A stretch of 44,008 nt of DNA, taken from a virus. The DNA lies in the IMG/VR virus record IMGVR_UViG_3300034140_000006, positions 1 to 44,008 of that record; one strand, given 5' to 3'. The notes beneath the pieces were generated by a model. It did not search any database and had not been told where the DNA came from. It saw nothing but the letters and a program-made list of their open reading frames with translations. Position 1 is the first letter of the stretch, and the number at the start of each line of letters is the position of its first letter. The translations under genes were made by a program, and so were the position numbers. Below are positions 25,743 through 34,332 of the stretch, piece after piece.

Positions 25743-25950
25743 AATGTTGCACACCTCCTACCGTCGTATTAACCTTTTTGAGGCGCTCTAAATCGTCCCC
25801 GCATTTGGTACCTAGATCAATTTCATTTCTGGCCACGACACCGCCGGTTGAATTGACTGTTACGTCCATACACTTCTGGCAGGTTTCGGTTTTCTTACAG
25901 GAAATAGATAGGGAGGCAATCAGGGCAATCGAGAGGATACACTTTTTCAT
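25726..25950 (-). CDS. Small Cys-rich lipoprotein (about 74 aa)
   Basis: Signal and lipobox-like MKKCILSIALIASLSISC. The mature part has 5 more Cys. An alternative ATG lies at 25965. Confidence 0.6.
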   Translation of the reverse strand: MKKCILSIALIASLSISCKKTETCQKCMDVTVNSTGGVVARNEIDLGTKCGDDLERLKKVNTTVGGVQHYVRCQ

Positions 25951-25990
25951 CGCACTTGTTCGCATCCGGGGGATGGTTTACCCTGATGCC

Positions 25991-26122
25991 GAAATAAAGG
26001 TAGGATATTCCCTAGGGATGAGCAAGCCGCAGTGTGATGAGTGGAAATAAAGGAAGTAATGTTCTTGCTTTATTGTGTACGATGTCGTACATTTATGACA
26101 ATGAAAGCAGACGAAATAAAGG
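25991..26122 (+). repeat. Three copies of the decamer GAAATAAAGG (25991..26000, 26044..26053, 26113..26122)
   Basis: Read directly. The first two lie in the divergent intergenic region and the third lies inside the XRE ORF. Confidence 0.45.
26076..26091. promoter_or_regulatory. Palindrome TGTACGA-tg-TCGTACA, ending 4 nt before the XRE gene ATG
   Basis: 7-bp arms read directly. Shares the hexamers GTACGA/TCGTAC with the 26-bp early-cassette element. Confidence 0.5.
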
Positions 26123-26265
26123 ATATACGGCAAAAGCTGGGATTAACACAGCTAGAAATGGCTGAAAAGCTAGGTTGTCGGCGGGCTTCTGTAAGTGATT
26201 GGGAAACGGGTCGAAGAAAGATTTTACCGGCTTATGCAAAATTAATCGAACAACTAATCAAGTAA
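26095..26265 (+). CDS. XRE-family HTH transcriptional regulator (56 aa)
   Basis: IKDIRQKLGLTQLEMAEKLGCRRASVSDWETGRRKILP is a canonical Cro/C1 HTH. ATG 26095 is preferred over the GTG at 26041. Confidence 0.85.
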   Translation: MTMKADEIKDIRQKLGLTQLEMAEKLGCRRASVSDWETGRRKILPAYAKLIEQLIK

Positions 26266-26266
26266 T

Positions 26267-26665
26267 ATGTCAGATAAAAGACAAGTCCGCTACTATGTCA
26301 ACGAATTGACGGGCGAAGAACGATTTATGGAAGTAGGACCAAAGTCTACTTATATCAATCTTTATTACGAACCCATTTCCCTAGAAGCTGCATTGAATGC
26401 CGGATTAGAAATTGATGAAATGCTTTATCTAAATGGAGTGGACAATGACACCTTTAGGGCATATGTCATTCACTATGGAAGCCTTCTTAAGACTGAAAGT
26501 CAAAAAATCCTTCTTTGTAACAGCTGGCTGAGATGCTTGTGGAAGGTGAGAGATAGGGAAATCAATTTTAATGAAAAACCAAGTGGAAAGGCTTTTGTAA
26601 AATCGCTTGAACTAGAAATAAGAAAACAGAAGCTGGAAATAAAAAAGAAAAAGAAACTGCGGTAA
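26267..26665 (+). CDS. Hypothetical protein (132 aa), tightly coupled to the XRE gene
   Basis: The ATG lies 1 nt after the XRE stop (TAAtATG). Lys-rich C-terminus. No motif recognised. Confidence 0.65.
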   Translation: MSDKRQVRYYVNELTGEERFMEVGPKSTYINLYYEPISLEAALNAGLEIDEMLYLNGVDNDTFRAYVIHYGSLLKTESQKILLCNSWLRCLWKVRDREINFNEKPSGKAFVKSLELEIRKQKLEIKKKKKLR

Positions 26666-26689
26666 ACCAACCCTCATAATAACTAGATA

Positions 26690-27025
26690 ATGGAGAATCC
26701 CTTTGAAATCATTAATAGACGACTTAGCAATATTGAGGCACTATTACTTGATATTAAGCATAATCGTAGTGAACCCCTTACACGTGCAAACTCAGCTCCT
26801 GATATTGGAGACGTAAAATTGGCTGAAGAAGTCACCGGATTAGCTAAGCAAACCATCTATCAAATGGTAAGCGCCCGCCGTATCCCTCACCGCAAGCAAG
26901 GCAGACGCCTCTACTTCTCCCGTACCGAACTTCTGGCCTGGATAGCATCCGGCAAACGCCTTACAAATGAAGAAGTTGATGCCGAACGAGACGAATTCCT
27001 AACTAGCAAGCAAAAATCACTATGA
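26690..27025 (+). CDS. HTH_17 / excisionase-family DNA-binding protein (111 aa)
   Basis: N-terminal helix MENPFEIINRRLSNIEALLLDIK followed by LAEEVTGLAKQTIYQMVSARRIPHRKQGRRLYFSRTELLAWIASGK. This architecture is very common in Bacteroidota mobile elements. Confidence 0.8.
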   Translation: MENPFEIINRRLSNIEALLLDIKHNRSEPLTRANSAPDIGDVKLAEEVTGLAKQTIYQMVSARRIPHRKQGRRLYFSRTELLAWIASGKRLTNEEVDAERDEFLTSKQKSL

Positions 27026-27369
27026 AAGCCGCTGAAATTATTGCTGGAGAGCACACGATTGTTGACTTTTTGATGGATGTTAACAATATAAAATATTTTA
27101 AGGTTAAGCCAATAAGCGAAGACGATATTGTTAAGAAAATTTCAGTAAATGATTATCTCCTTCTGAATAGAAAACGGATGTCTGAAGAGCTAAAAAAAAC
27201 AGAAAAAAACACGAGGAAAAAGATCACATATTTAAATATAATGCTTAAAAAGACTCGCGCTCTCAAAAGATCTTTTCCGATTTTAAAGGAAGAAATAAAT
27301 GGTGCGATTAAAGAAATAAATAGGTGGATAGAATATTACAAGTTACACCTTCTCATAGAAAGGAACTAA
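27022..27369 (+). CDS. Hypothetical Lys-rich helical protein (115 aa)
   Basis: ATGA overlap with the upstream gene. Hand-counted lines in this gene give 25-30% G+C. Confidence 0.6.
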   Translation: MKAAEIIAGEHTIVDFLMDVNNIKYFKVKPISEDDIVKKISVNDYLLLNRKRMSEELKKTEKNTRKKITYLNIMLKKTRALKRSFPILKEEINGAIKEINRWIEYYKLHLLIERN

Positions 27370-27391
27370 CCTTAACCGAAATAGCAACGAT

Positions 27392-27565
27392 ATGAACCAG
27401 TTAAAAGAGATAGCAAAACAGGTAAGTATGTTTATGCAGGCAGAATTGGCTTGTCCGGGGATAATTCACAAATATGCATCTAACGCCATCGAATTAAACG
27501 ATAAAAAACAGCGTGAAGAAGCAATAAATACAGCATTAAAAAACGCCCTCCAATCCGAAGACTGA
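27392..27565 (+). CDS. Unannotated small ORF (57 aa)
   Basis: ATG 27392 and TGA 27563..27565. Sequence MNQLKEIAKQVSMFMQAELACPGIIHKYASNAIELNDKKQREEAINTALKNALQSED. The 3' end overlaps the capsid terminator. Confidence 0.4.
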   Translation: MNQLKEIAKQVSMFMQAELACPGIIHKYASNAIELNDKKQREEAINTALKNALQSED

Positions 27566-27572
27566 AGGGCGT
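27538..27572 (-). terminator. Rho-independent terminator (- strand) after the capsid gene
   Basis: On the minus strand: a 13-bp stem (including 2 G-U pairs) capped by a UUCG tetraloop and followed by TTTTTT. Confidence 0.8.
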
Positions 27573-27591
27573 ACCAAGAGCAAATGCTTAA

Positions 27592-28716
27592 TTAAGCCGC
27601 TTGCGTAGCAGTATAACGGAACATACCGTTTACCCCGTTCAGCGGGTCGCCTGCACCCATCGGGGCTGGTGGTACGAATACTTCGTAGGAGAGAGACAGG
27701 ATGAACAACCATCCGGGCGTAACGCAACCAGACTCATCTACTGCAAGGTCAAACTGAAGCCCTGGCAATTCATCGAAAGTAACCCGTCCGTAGGAAGTGT
27801 TTGCCATCCGCTGAATCTGAACACCGTTGATAGTATAACGGTTAGCGGTTACCAGCTTATGAGCACCTGCAGAGATTACGGCGAATTGGTTAGCACCGAA
27901 ACCGGCAGTAGCATCATCCACCAAAGGATCAAAGTAAATCCGGTAAGGATTGATAGCATTGATCTTATTGTAATCCACGCCATCTAATGAGCAACATCCG
28001 TATCCAAGGGATTCAAAGAAAGACACAATCCGGTTACCACCTAAGATGATGGGGCGTCCAATACCTTCATTGAAACGATAGTCGGCCATCAACTGATCAA
28101 TACCAGCGCTAGTCCGGGTGCCATCCGCTTTGTACAGTTCGATGTTTTGAGCAGTGGTGTTGGTAGAACGAGCGTTTACCCCAAAAGCGCTTTTCAAGCG
28201 CAGCAACACGTCCTTATCCAAGTCCTGAACAAGCTTACGGGCGTGCATCCGAAGGATAGTAGCCAGTTCGTTCATTACGGGCGTGTTAGGCACGGAGGCC
28301 CTCATTCCTCTGCTGTTAGTCACAATACGGGCAGCATCACCACACAGGGATTTAGCACGGTCAACAGAGAATGAGAAAGACTGCTGAAGATACTTAGTCA
28401 GCGTGAAAGTGTCTTCAATAGGGGCGGCAGCTGGATCCGCCGCGCAAGTGGGGGTAGTTACGGATGCCGCATTGATGTTTCCGTAGTGACGGATACGCAC
28501 TTTCGGCAGACCGGCAGCGGTTCTTTCTACGGTAGCGACGGTATCAGTAGACTTACCTAATAATTCTCCTTCGGTGAGTACACTTAGTCCCTGAAGGGCT
28601 TCAGGATCACGAAGAGCTTTTACAGCTCCGATGTTTCCAAAGGTGGTTCCCTGTACACCAGGGGCAACATTTTCAAGTGCAACGATTGCGGCAGCACATG
28701 CGCCTAATTGAGCCAT
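27592..28716 (-). CDS. Major capsid protein (probably HK97-fold)
   Basis: 374 aa, directly downstream of the scaffold-like gene and followed by a strong terminator. Assigned by synteny and size. Confidence 0.7.
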   Translation of the reverse strand: MAQLGACAAAIVALENVAPGVQGTTFGNIGAVKALRDPEALQGLSVLTEGELLGKSTDTVATVERTAAGLPKVRIRHYGNINAASVTTPTCAADPAAAPIEDTFTLTKYLQQSFSFSVDRAKSLCGDAARIVTNSRGMRASVPNTPVMNELATILRMHARKLVQDLDKDVLLRLKSAFGVNARSTNTTAQNIELYKADGTRTSAGIDQLMADYRFNEGIGRPIILGGNRIVSFFESLGYGCCSLDGVDYNKINAINPYRIYFDPLVDDATAGFGANQFAVISAGAHKLVTANRYTINGVQIQRMANTSYGRVTFDELPGLQFDLAVDESGCVTPGWLFILSLSYEVFVPPAPMGAGDPLNGVNGMFRYTATQAA

Positions 28717-28757
28717 TTTTTACGTTTTCTCCGCACATCCGGGGCGGGCGGTTTGAC

Positions 28758-29627
28758 CTACTCGGTCGTGAGGTCTACTGAAAACCTCTTAGCCGTAGCG
28801 GTTCCACTTGTCGGGGCATCAATCACAATGGTTGAATTACCACCTACAGGGGCATCCGATACGGAAAGCAATTTGTGTTCGCCTAACACCCGATCGGTGA
28901 ATGTGGCCAGGTCTACTTTTTTATTGGTGGCCGGGTCGTAGAACTCCTCAAGCCCATTACTGCCTTTCTTACCCAAAGCTAGTCTACCGGAGGCATCCAG
29001 GTCGAAAGTCAGGCCTTCGTGCTGATTCATTGCCCGTTCAATTTTGGCCTTTACCAAAAGAAGTCCATCCGGATCGTCGAGAATGTGCCTTGGAAGCTTC
29101 TGAGAACGCAAATAGGCGTCCAGTTCCCGGTTTACCTCCCGTTGGTGGTACTTCGTCTCCACTTCAGAGATAGATTTGGCCGCGTTCTCTTTCTCCTGCT
29201 TAATGGCGTCCTTTATGGCAGCTAATTCAGCATTGAGGCGCTTTACCTCATCCTTATCCCCGTCGGCAGAGGCTGTTTTGGAAGCCTTTTTAAGTTCTTC
29301 CATCTTGTCAGCAAACAACTCCAACCGCTTGTAGGTGGATGTTTCGCCTTTGATTGCTTCGTAGGCATCGGCCGGCAAATACTTCTGTGAACGGTCAAGC
29401 AGGGTTTCGTCAGCAGTTTTGAGAAAGTCTGCTTTCAGACGGGACTTAACGGCCGGATTGGAAACGGCAGCTTCAAAGCCCATCAACGAATCAAAACTTT
29501 TGTTTAACTCAGTAGGGATTTCGATTTTAGCCAGGTCCTGATTTGCCAAAATGAATTCTCTTACTTTGTCAGCGGGGGCTCCCCCTTTTTCTAATACATC
29601 ATTTAACTTGTCCAGCAGTGAGCTCAT
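28758..29627 (-). CDS. Scaffolding protein
   Basis: 289 aa, highly charged Lys/Glu/Ala-rich helical protein immediately upstream of the capsid gene. Confidence 0.65.
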   Translation of the reverse strand: MSSLLDKLNDVLEKGGAPADKVREFILANQDLAKIEIPTELNKSFDSLMGFEAAVSNPAVKSRLKADFLKTADETLLDRSQKYLPADAYEAIKGETSTYKRLELFADKMEELKKASKTASADGDKDEVKRLNAELAAIKDAIKQEKENAAKSISEVETKYHQREVNRELDAYLRSQKLPRHILDDPDGLLLVKAKIERAMNQHEGLTFDLDASGRLALGKKGSNGLEEFYDPATNKKVDLATFTDRVLGEHKLLSVSDAPVGGNSTIVIDAPTSGTATAKRFSVDLTTE

Positions 29628-29682
29628 AATTGTTCGCCCTTACGGGCCGGTTAATATTGAAAATAAAATGTCGGATGCTTAC

Positions 29683-29997
29683 TTATGCGGGGTTTTCACT
29701 ACCTGCAGCATCCTCCTCATTTGAGTCCTCTTCATTTGAATCAGAGCCTTCAGATGCTTTTGCCTTCTTCGAAGATTTAGCTTTGGGCTTATCTACATCT
29801 CCATCGGCGCCTTTAGCTGCAGGAGCCTCCTTTTTTTTCAGATCTGCGACCAATACCGCGATATTTCTACCATCCTCACGGATGTTGACCCCCTCACCCA
29901 AGTCTTCGAATTCTTCAGCTTGAGAAGTTTTTGCAAAAGAGGCATCAAACAAGTGCTCAATACCGGATGTTTTGTGTCTAAAGATGTGGTCTGCCAT
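29683..29997 (-). CDS. Head-module protein with an acidic tail (104 aa)
   Basis: The C-terminus ends in SEGSDSNEEDSNEEDAAGSENPA, encoded by a short tandem DNA repeat. Confidence 0.55.
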   Translation of the reverse strand: MADHIFRHKTSGIEHLFDASFAKTSQAEEFEDLGEGVNIREDGRNIAVLVADLKKKEAPAAKGADGDVDKPKAKSSKKAKASEGSDSNEEDSNEEDAAGSENPA

Positions 29998-30046
29998 GGC
30001 TAAAATTGTTAGGGTTTTAAAGTAATATATATTGATTCAAAAGTAG

Positions 30047-30883
30047 TTATCCCTTCATAGCCTGGTAAGCCGCTTTGGTGATGGGTATGAAGCGATGCTT
30101 GCAGCCATACCCCCCGGCCCGTACCAGAATGTTTCCCGCGTTGGTACCGGGAATCTTTCCAGACCAACTATCACCGGCCATTTCAAGCACTTGCGCCCGG
30201 GTAAATACCTTTCCAACCTTCTCCGCACACCACGTACGGGTGCTGTCTATCTGAACACCTGCGTAGAGGTAATGCTGTAATCCTAAATCAGCGCTTACCG
30301 TTTCAGTATAGTTGCGGCTAAACTGATACAGCCCATCATTCACTTGATTCTTTGCCCATTTAGCCGACAAACCGTTTTCTGAAAGCGTTTCGGTGAGGGT
30401 TTGCGTTAGCTGCTTACTGGAAGCTTGACCGGACACCCCTTGCTGGAGCACTTTCATTAGCGGCTGTTCGTAGTTGGCTTTCAAGCCCGATGCCAACAGG
30501 CTTTCCTTCGTGGTTTCAAGCGTTTGCCGGAACACCTCTCTATAGACTGCTTTAGGCTCAAATCCTTCAACGGCCGCATTGAAATAGGCATTGCTTATGG
30601 TCGTGATCCTGAAAAGAGAGGTAAGCACCTCACTGGCTGCTTTCCCATAGGTACCTTTCAGTAGGATGTTATTTACCGAATTGGTGTATTTCAGGCCTTT
30701 TTTTAAGTTAGTCACCGTGGCCCGAATGCTACCAGAAGGCGACTTGTCGAGCGTCGCAATAAATGCTTTTAAATCGTCAAGCATTTCAGCATTGGCAGTG
30801 TTGACACCAGACGCGAAGCTTTCCGACGCTGAAGAGATCGTTTTTTCAAGCTCATCGATAAACTTCTGTCCGTCGAATTCCAT
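30047..30883 (-). CDS. Minor head / head morphogenesis protein (Mu F / SPP1 gp7-like)
   Basis: Downstream of the portal gene. The C-terminal GGYGCKHRFIPI resembles the family's H-x-x-C-R-C...P motif. ATG 30883 lies 1 nt after the portal stop. Confidence 0.6.
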   Translation of the reverse strand: MEFDGQKFIDELEKTISSASESFASGVNTANAEMLDDLKAFIATLDKSPSGSIRATVTNLKKGLKYTNSVNNILLKGTYGKAASEVLTSLFRITTISNAYFNAAVEGFEPKAVYREVFRQTLETTKESLLASGLKANYEQPLMKVLQQGVSGQASSKQLTQTLTETLSENGLSAKWAKNQVNDGLYQFSRNYTETVSADLGLQHYLYAGVQIDSTRTWCAEKVGKVFTRAQVLEMAGDSWSGKIPGTNAGNILVRAGGYGCKHRFIPITKAAYQAMKG

Positions 30884-30884
30884 G

Positions 30885-32717
30885 TCATGCGGCGAAAGGT
30901 GGATTTTCTGGTATTGGCTGGGGCGGTTCCACTGCCAAGGGAGGTTCAGTAGCCATGGCCGCATCAACTAGTGCATACAGCGCATCTTTTTGCTCCGAAA
31001 ACTTCTTATCAAAGAATGTCGGGTCAGCTTCAAAAGCGGCCCGGGCAAAGTAGTTAAATTGCGCTGAAAGGGTATACTCCCGTTTCGTGCAGCCCCCATT
31101 TGCCAGAATAGTAAACCGGTCATCTTCGGTTTTGAAGGGCAACGGGTCGTGTTGGGCTGCCAGGGTAACAAGCTTATACTCCATCGAATCGGAACCAAAC
31201 TCTTTACTTGCGTATTCGGCTTGTAAGGCAAAGATTACGGCAGCGTCCATCTTGTTTCCTACTGCCTCTTTTATTTGCGCTGCCAGGGTTTCGATTGAGA
31301 AAGTATCAAACTTACGAGGTACCGGAATATAGGGCAGACTATCCACCAACTGCTTTTCTGGCAATACCTTTCCATAGCGCATACAGGCAATGTAGTAGAC
31401 CGTAGGACGAAGGATGTTTTCCACCAAATGCCTCGCAATTTCAAAATAGAAGTTGTTTACTTCCTGCCGGTCGTAGCTTTTGGCTACCCCGGACTGTGCT
31501 AGGGGAGTTGTCTTTGCGTACTCCATATTCAGCGCCTTCATTGCCGACATTAAATCATCCTGCACCTGCTGTTTTAGCAGTTCGGTAGGTGCTAAAGGCT
31601 TTTCAATGTAGCCTTTATGGGGTGGGGCAATGGTTTTGCCGTTTTCCCCGGGGATGCCAGTACTGTCGGGCGTGAAGGTGGTAATACCTAAGCCCGAAGT
31701 GGGGGTAATATGATACTTTTGCCCGTTACAAGAATTGCAAGTATGGGAGACGCCTTCAACGAAACGGCTGCCGGTACCATTACACGTAACACATTTGCTC
31801 GTTACATACTGCCAGGCTTCGGAGTGTACGTGGTACACCATCTGCACTAGAAAGTCACTTTGACGCTGCAGTGCCTGATTCAAGTAGGTTAGACAGGGCG
31901 AAAGAATGCTCTTATACAGCCGTTGGCCGTTGTAGCGGGTTTTTACGATCTTTCCACCGCCTAATTTGAACGCCGGCATCCATTCGTTTGCGTAATGCAG
32001 GTTGGCTACGAGCTTGCGGTTTTCGGTAAGGTCCACCACCTGCGCCTGGTATTGCGGTCGTTCTCTATCACCTACCTGAATCGCCTTAATGTAGCTTTCT
32101 TTGTCTAGGAACCAGTACACCTTTCCGGAGGCATTGCGGAGGGTTTCGCCGGTTAAAACGCTCTTTTCGTCGGATAGCAGGCAACAAAACTCCCCTTCAA
32201 TAAAGTCAATGACTCTCTCAGAAGGGAAATAGTAGGGATACGGCCGGATATAATCAAGTTCGTTTGCCGGCGTGTTGGAAGGCAAAACTGCAACAACCCC
32301 GTTCGGGTCCGACAACAAAGGGGAAATAATGTAGCCAAATAGCCAGTTCCTCAGGCTGTTATCAATCGGAAAGTCTTCTTCCAGGTATACTTTTAGATTG
32401 TCTTCTTCAGCAATCCTAGCAGGCATCTCAGGATACGTGAAAACAAAATCGTCCGCTTGGTTTACCTTCTTGATTGACGTGGCAATCGAATTTACCGCCG
32501 GTTCGGTAATCGGGGTAAAGTTCTCTCTTCGGTATTTTTTTTGGGCTTCGGTTTCGTGCGGCCGCGTAATATCTATCAGGTGCTTAGGATACATACCATC
32601 CACGTGCACCCGTAAGTCACGGGCTATTTCAATGTTTTCATTAAAAAAGGGGTATACCTCACCAGCCGAATCGGGCGCTAGCTTAAGATATACCCCTATC
32701 TGTTCGATGGTGAGCAC
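30885..32717 (-). CDS. Portal protein (610 aa; GTG start) with an embedded CxxCxGxG zinc-finger-like insert
   Basis: Size and position upstream of the MuF-like gene. Contains CVTCNGTG...CNSCNGQK. The portal assignment rests on synteny only. Confidence 0.65.
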   Translation of the reverse strand: MLTIEQIGVYLKLAPDSAGEVYPFFNENIEIARDLRVHVDGMYPKHLIDITRPHETEAQKKYRRENFTPITEPAVNSIATSIKKVNQADDFVFTYPEMPARIAEEDNLKVYLEEDFPIDNSLRNWLFGYIISPLLSDPNGVVAVLPSNTPANELDYIRPYPYYFPSERVIDFIEGEFCCLLSDEKSVLTGETLRNASGKVYWFLDKESYIKAIQVGDRERPQYQAQVVDLTENRKLVANLHYANEWMPAFKLGGGKIVKTRYNGQRLYKSILSPCLTYLNQALQRQSDFLVQMVYHVHSEAWQYVTSKCVTCNGTGSRFVEGVSHTCNSCNGQKYHITPTSGLGITTFTPDSTGIPGENGKTIAPPHKGYIEKPLAPTELLKQQVQDDLMSAMKALNMEYAKTTPLAQSGVAKSYDRQEVNNFYFEIARHLVENILRPTVYYIACMRYGKVLPEKQLVDSLPYIPVPRKFDTFSIETLAAQIKEAVGNKMDAAVIFALQAEYASKEFGSDSMEYKLVTLAAQHDPLPFKTEDDRFTILANGGCTKREYTLSAQFNYFARAAFEADPTFFDKKFSEQKDALYALVDAAMATEPPLAVEPPQPIPENPPFAA

Positions 32718-32735
32718 GAAAGGGGCTTTCTTTGT

Positions 32736-33584
32736 TTAGGACACGACAACCTTGATACGAACCAGACCATATATACCACACGGATTTTGCACCCGTATGT
32801 CGCGGGTATAGGTACCGGGCGTTGTTGGTGTTCCGCTTAAAATACCGCTTGTCGTATCTAGCGTTAGTCCCGGGATTGCCGTTCCTACCAGGCTCCAGGC
32901 AAAAGGCTGAGTGGATGTGTCGGAAGAGTTGAAATCAATGCTGCCAGCCGTAGTAGAGGCAATAGTGAAAACCTTACCGGTGGTTTCAACAAATCCGCTC
33001 GGGTTCGCATTCGTTATATTGATAAGCATCGGACGGTTGAGTGCTGAACGAATGCCTGCCAGATACACCGGTACCGGTTCGCCTGACTGGTTCCACTTAA
33101 TTGAAAACTGCCCCTCAATGGGCGTTTTGCCGTCTTCAGCAATGACAGTGCCGAACGAAACCGATGCCTCGGAGCCGGTAACCAGCCAATAGTAGTTGTT
33201 AGAAACGTAGAAGAAATTCTGATCAGAGGCATCCTTCACTTTGTCGTTCCACCATGGCACGTTGTCTAAGTGGTCGCGGTCAAAGCCAGAAAGGGTATGG
33301 TCGGTAGAAAGCACCTGTGGATTGGTACGATTCCCGTAGTTTTTTCCGGATGTTACTTCAGCGGCCAATGGCTTAGAGGCCACTAGGTTCTGAATGATCG
33401 AAGCCTTACAAAGCAGCACCTGCGCACGTACGAAGGTAACGAAGTCGGAGACTGTAGCGAACGCTGGAATTACCACGTCGCCATCAATGAAGCCTAATGC
33501 ACCAATATTCGAGGTTTCGAACGACTGGCACAACAAGTTTTTTCTAGGAGGCGCTTCTTCAGCGCAAAATATGCTACGAGCCAT
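32736..33584 (-). CDS. Virion protein with a C-terminal Ig-like domain (282 aa)
   Basis: LVGTAIPGLTLDTTSGILSGTPTTPGTYTRDIRV matches the 'putative Ig' (He_PIG/cadherin-like) repeat signature. First gene of the head operon. Confidence 0.65.
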   Translation of the reverse strand: MARSIFCAEEAPPRKNLLCQSFETSNIGALGFIDGDVVIPAFATVSDFVTFVRAQVLLCKASIIQNLVASKPLAAEVTSGKNYGNRTNPQVLSTDHTLSGFDRDHLDNVPWWNDKVKDASDQNFFYVSNNYYWLVTGSEASVSFGTVIAEDGKTPIEGQFSIKWNQSGEPVPVYLAGIRSALNRPMLINITNANPSGFVETTGKVFTIASTTAGSIDFNSSDTSTQPFAWSLVGTAIPGLTLDTTSGILSGTPTTPGTYTRDIRVQNPCGIYGLVRIKVVVS

Positions 33585-33589
33585 TTGGA

Positions 33590-33614
33590 CAGTATTTTTT
33601 CTGTGAAAATACTG
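33590..33614 (-). promoter_or_regulatory. Perfect 9-bp-stem hairpin (cagtatttt / aaaatactg), 5 nt upstream of the ATG at 33584
   Basis: Read directly. No T run follows on the minus strand, so it is not a canonical terminator. Confidence 0.45.
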
Positions 33615-33661
33615 CTACACAATGGTCGTGCTAAGCCACATTGTTTTAGCCCTGTTTTAGC

Positions 33662-34240
33662 TTAGCAGAAACCGCATTTACGCTCCATTGATTCGGACAA
33701 CATTTGCAAGTCCCTTATGTTTACTTTATCTGTTCTCGCGTCTAAAACGCGAAACACCCAACGCAGCGAGGCGGTCAAACAATCACGAAGCGTCTTTTTA
33801 GGTGGGTCGCATTTATCCAGCATATAGGAATATTGCTCATAAGGAACTTCGTCGAGGCGCTTTGTGACTTGGCTATATTTACCAGACTTCACTAACGGCG
33901 TTAGCTCCTGAACTAATTCTAATGTCGGGGCCAGATACTTTTCTTCCTCTTTTATAAATTCTTTTGTCAATGAGTGCCCTTTCTTTTTCTTAATTGCAGC
34001 GGTTGGGACTGTTGGTTTGGGATGAAAAGTCAGCGGTAATTGACCAGGTGAAAAGTAGTAATACGGCTTAGGTCGCTTTAAATGTAGCCGTCTTCTTAGT
34101 ATTTCAATCGCTTCAGGCGTGGTACCATACAGGTGGGCCAACTCCCGATCAGACAGGTGCAGATAGCTTTGCTCAAGCTGCCGCAGCTGTGAGTTACGCC
34201 ATACGTGGTAAGTTCTTTTTTTAAGGGTTTCCATAGACAT
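33662..34240 (-). CDS. Myb/SANT-like DNA-binding protein (192 aa), candidate late regulator
   Basis: YHVWRNSQLRQLEQ...LAHLYGTTPEAIEILRRRLHLKR. Paralogous to 36394..36588. Last gene before the head operon. Confidence 0.5.
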   Translation of the reverse strand: MSMETLKKRTYHVWRNSQLRQLEQSYLHLSDRELAHLYGTTPEAIEILRRRLHLKRPKPYYYFSPGQLPLTFHPKPTVPTAAIKKKKGHSLTKEFIKEEEKYLAPTLELVQELTPLVKSGKYSQVTKRLDEVPYEQYSYMLDKCDPPKKTLRDCLTASLRWVFRVLDARTDKVNIRDLQMLSESMERKCGFC

Positions 34241-34332
34241 TCTGAATAATAGTGTTATTCCCTTATAAATTTACACATTCTTACAAAAATGCAGCCAAAG
34301 CCTGTTCCTTTTTCGCGTGACGTGCAGGTGGC

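Noticed and set aside
27670-27686. Palindrome TACGAA-tac-TTCGTA inside the capsid gene, resembling the early operator hexamers
   Set aside because: It lies deep inside a coding region far from any start. It is short enough to be chance, so it is not counted as an operator copy.
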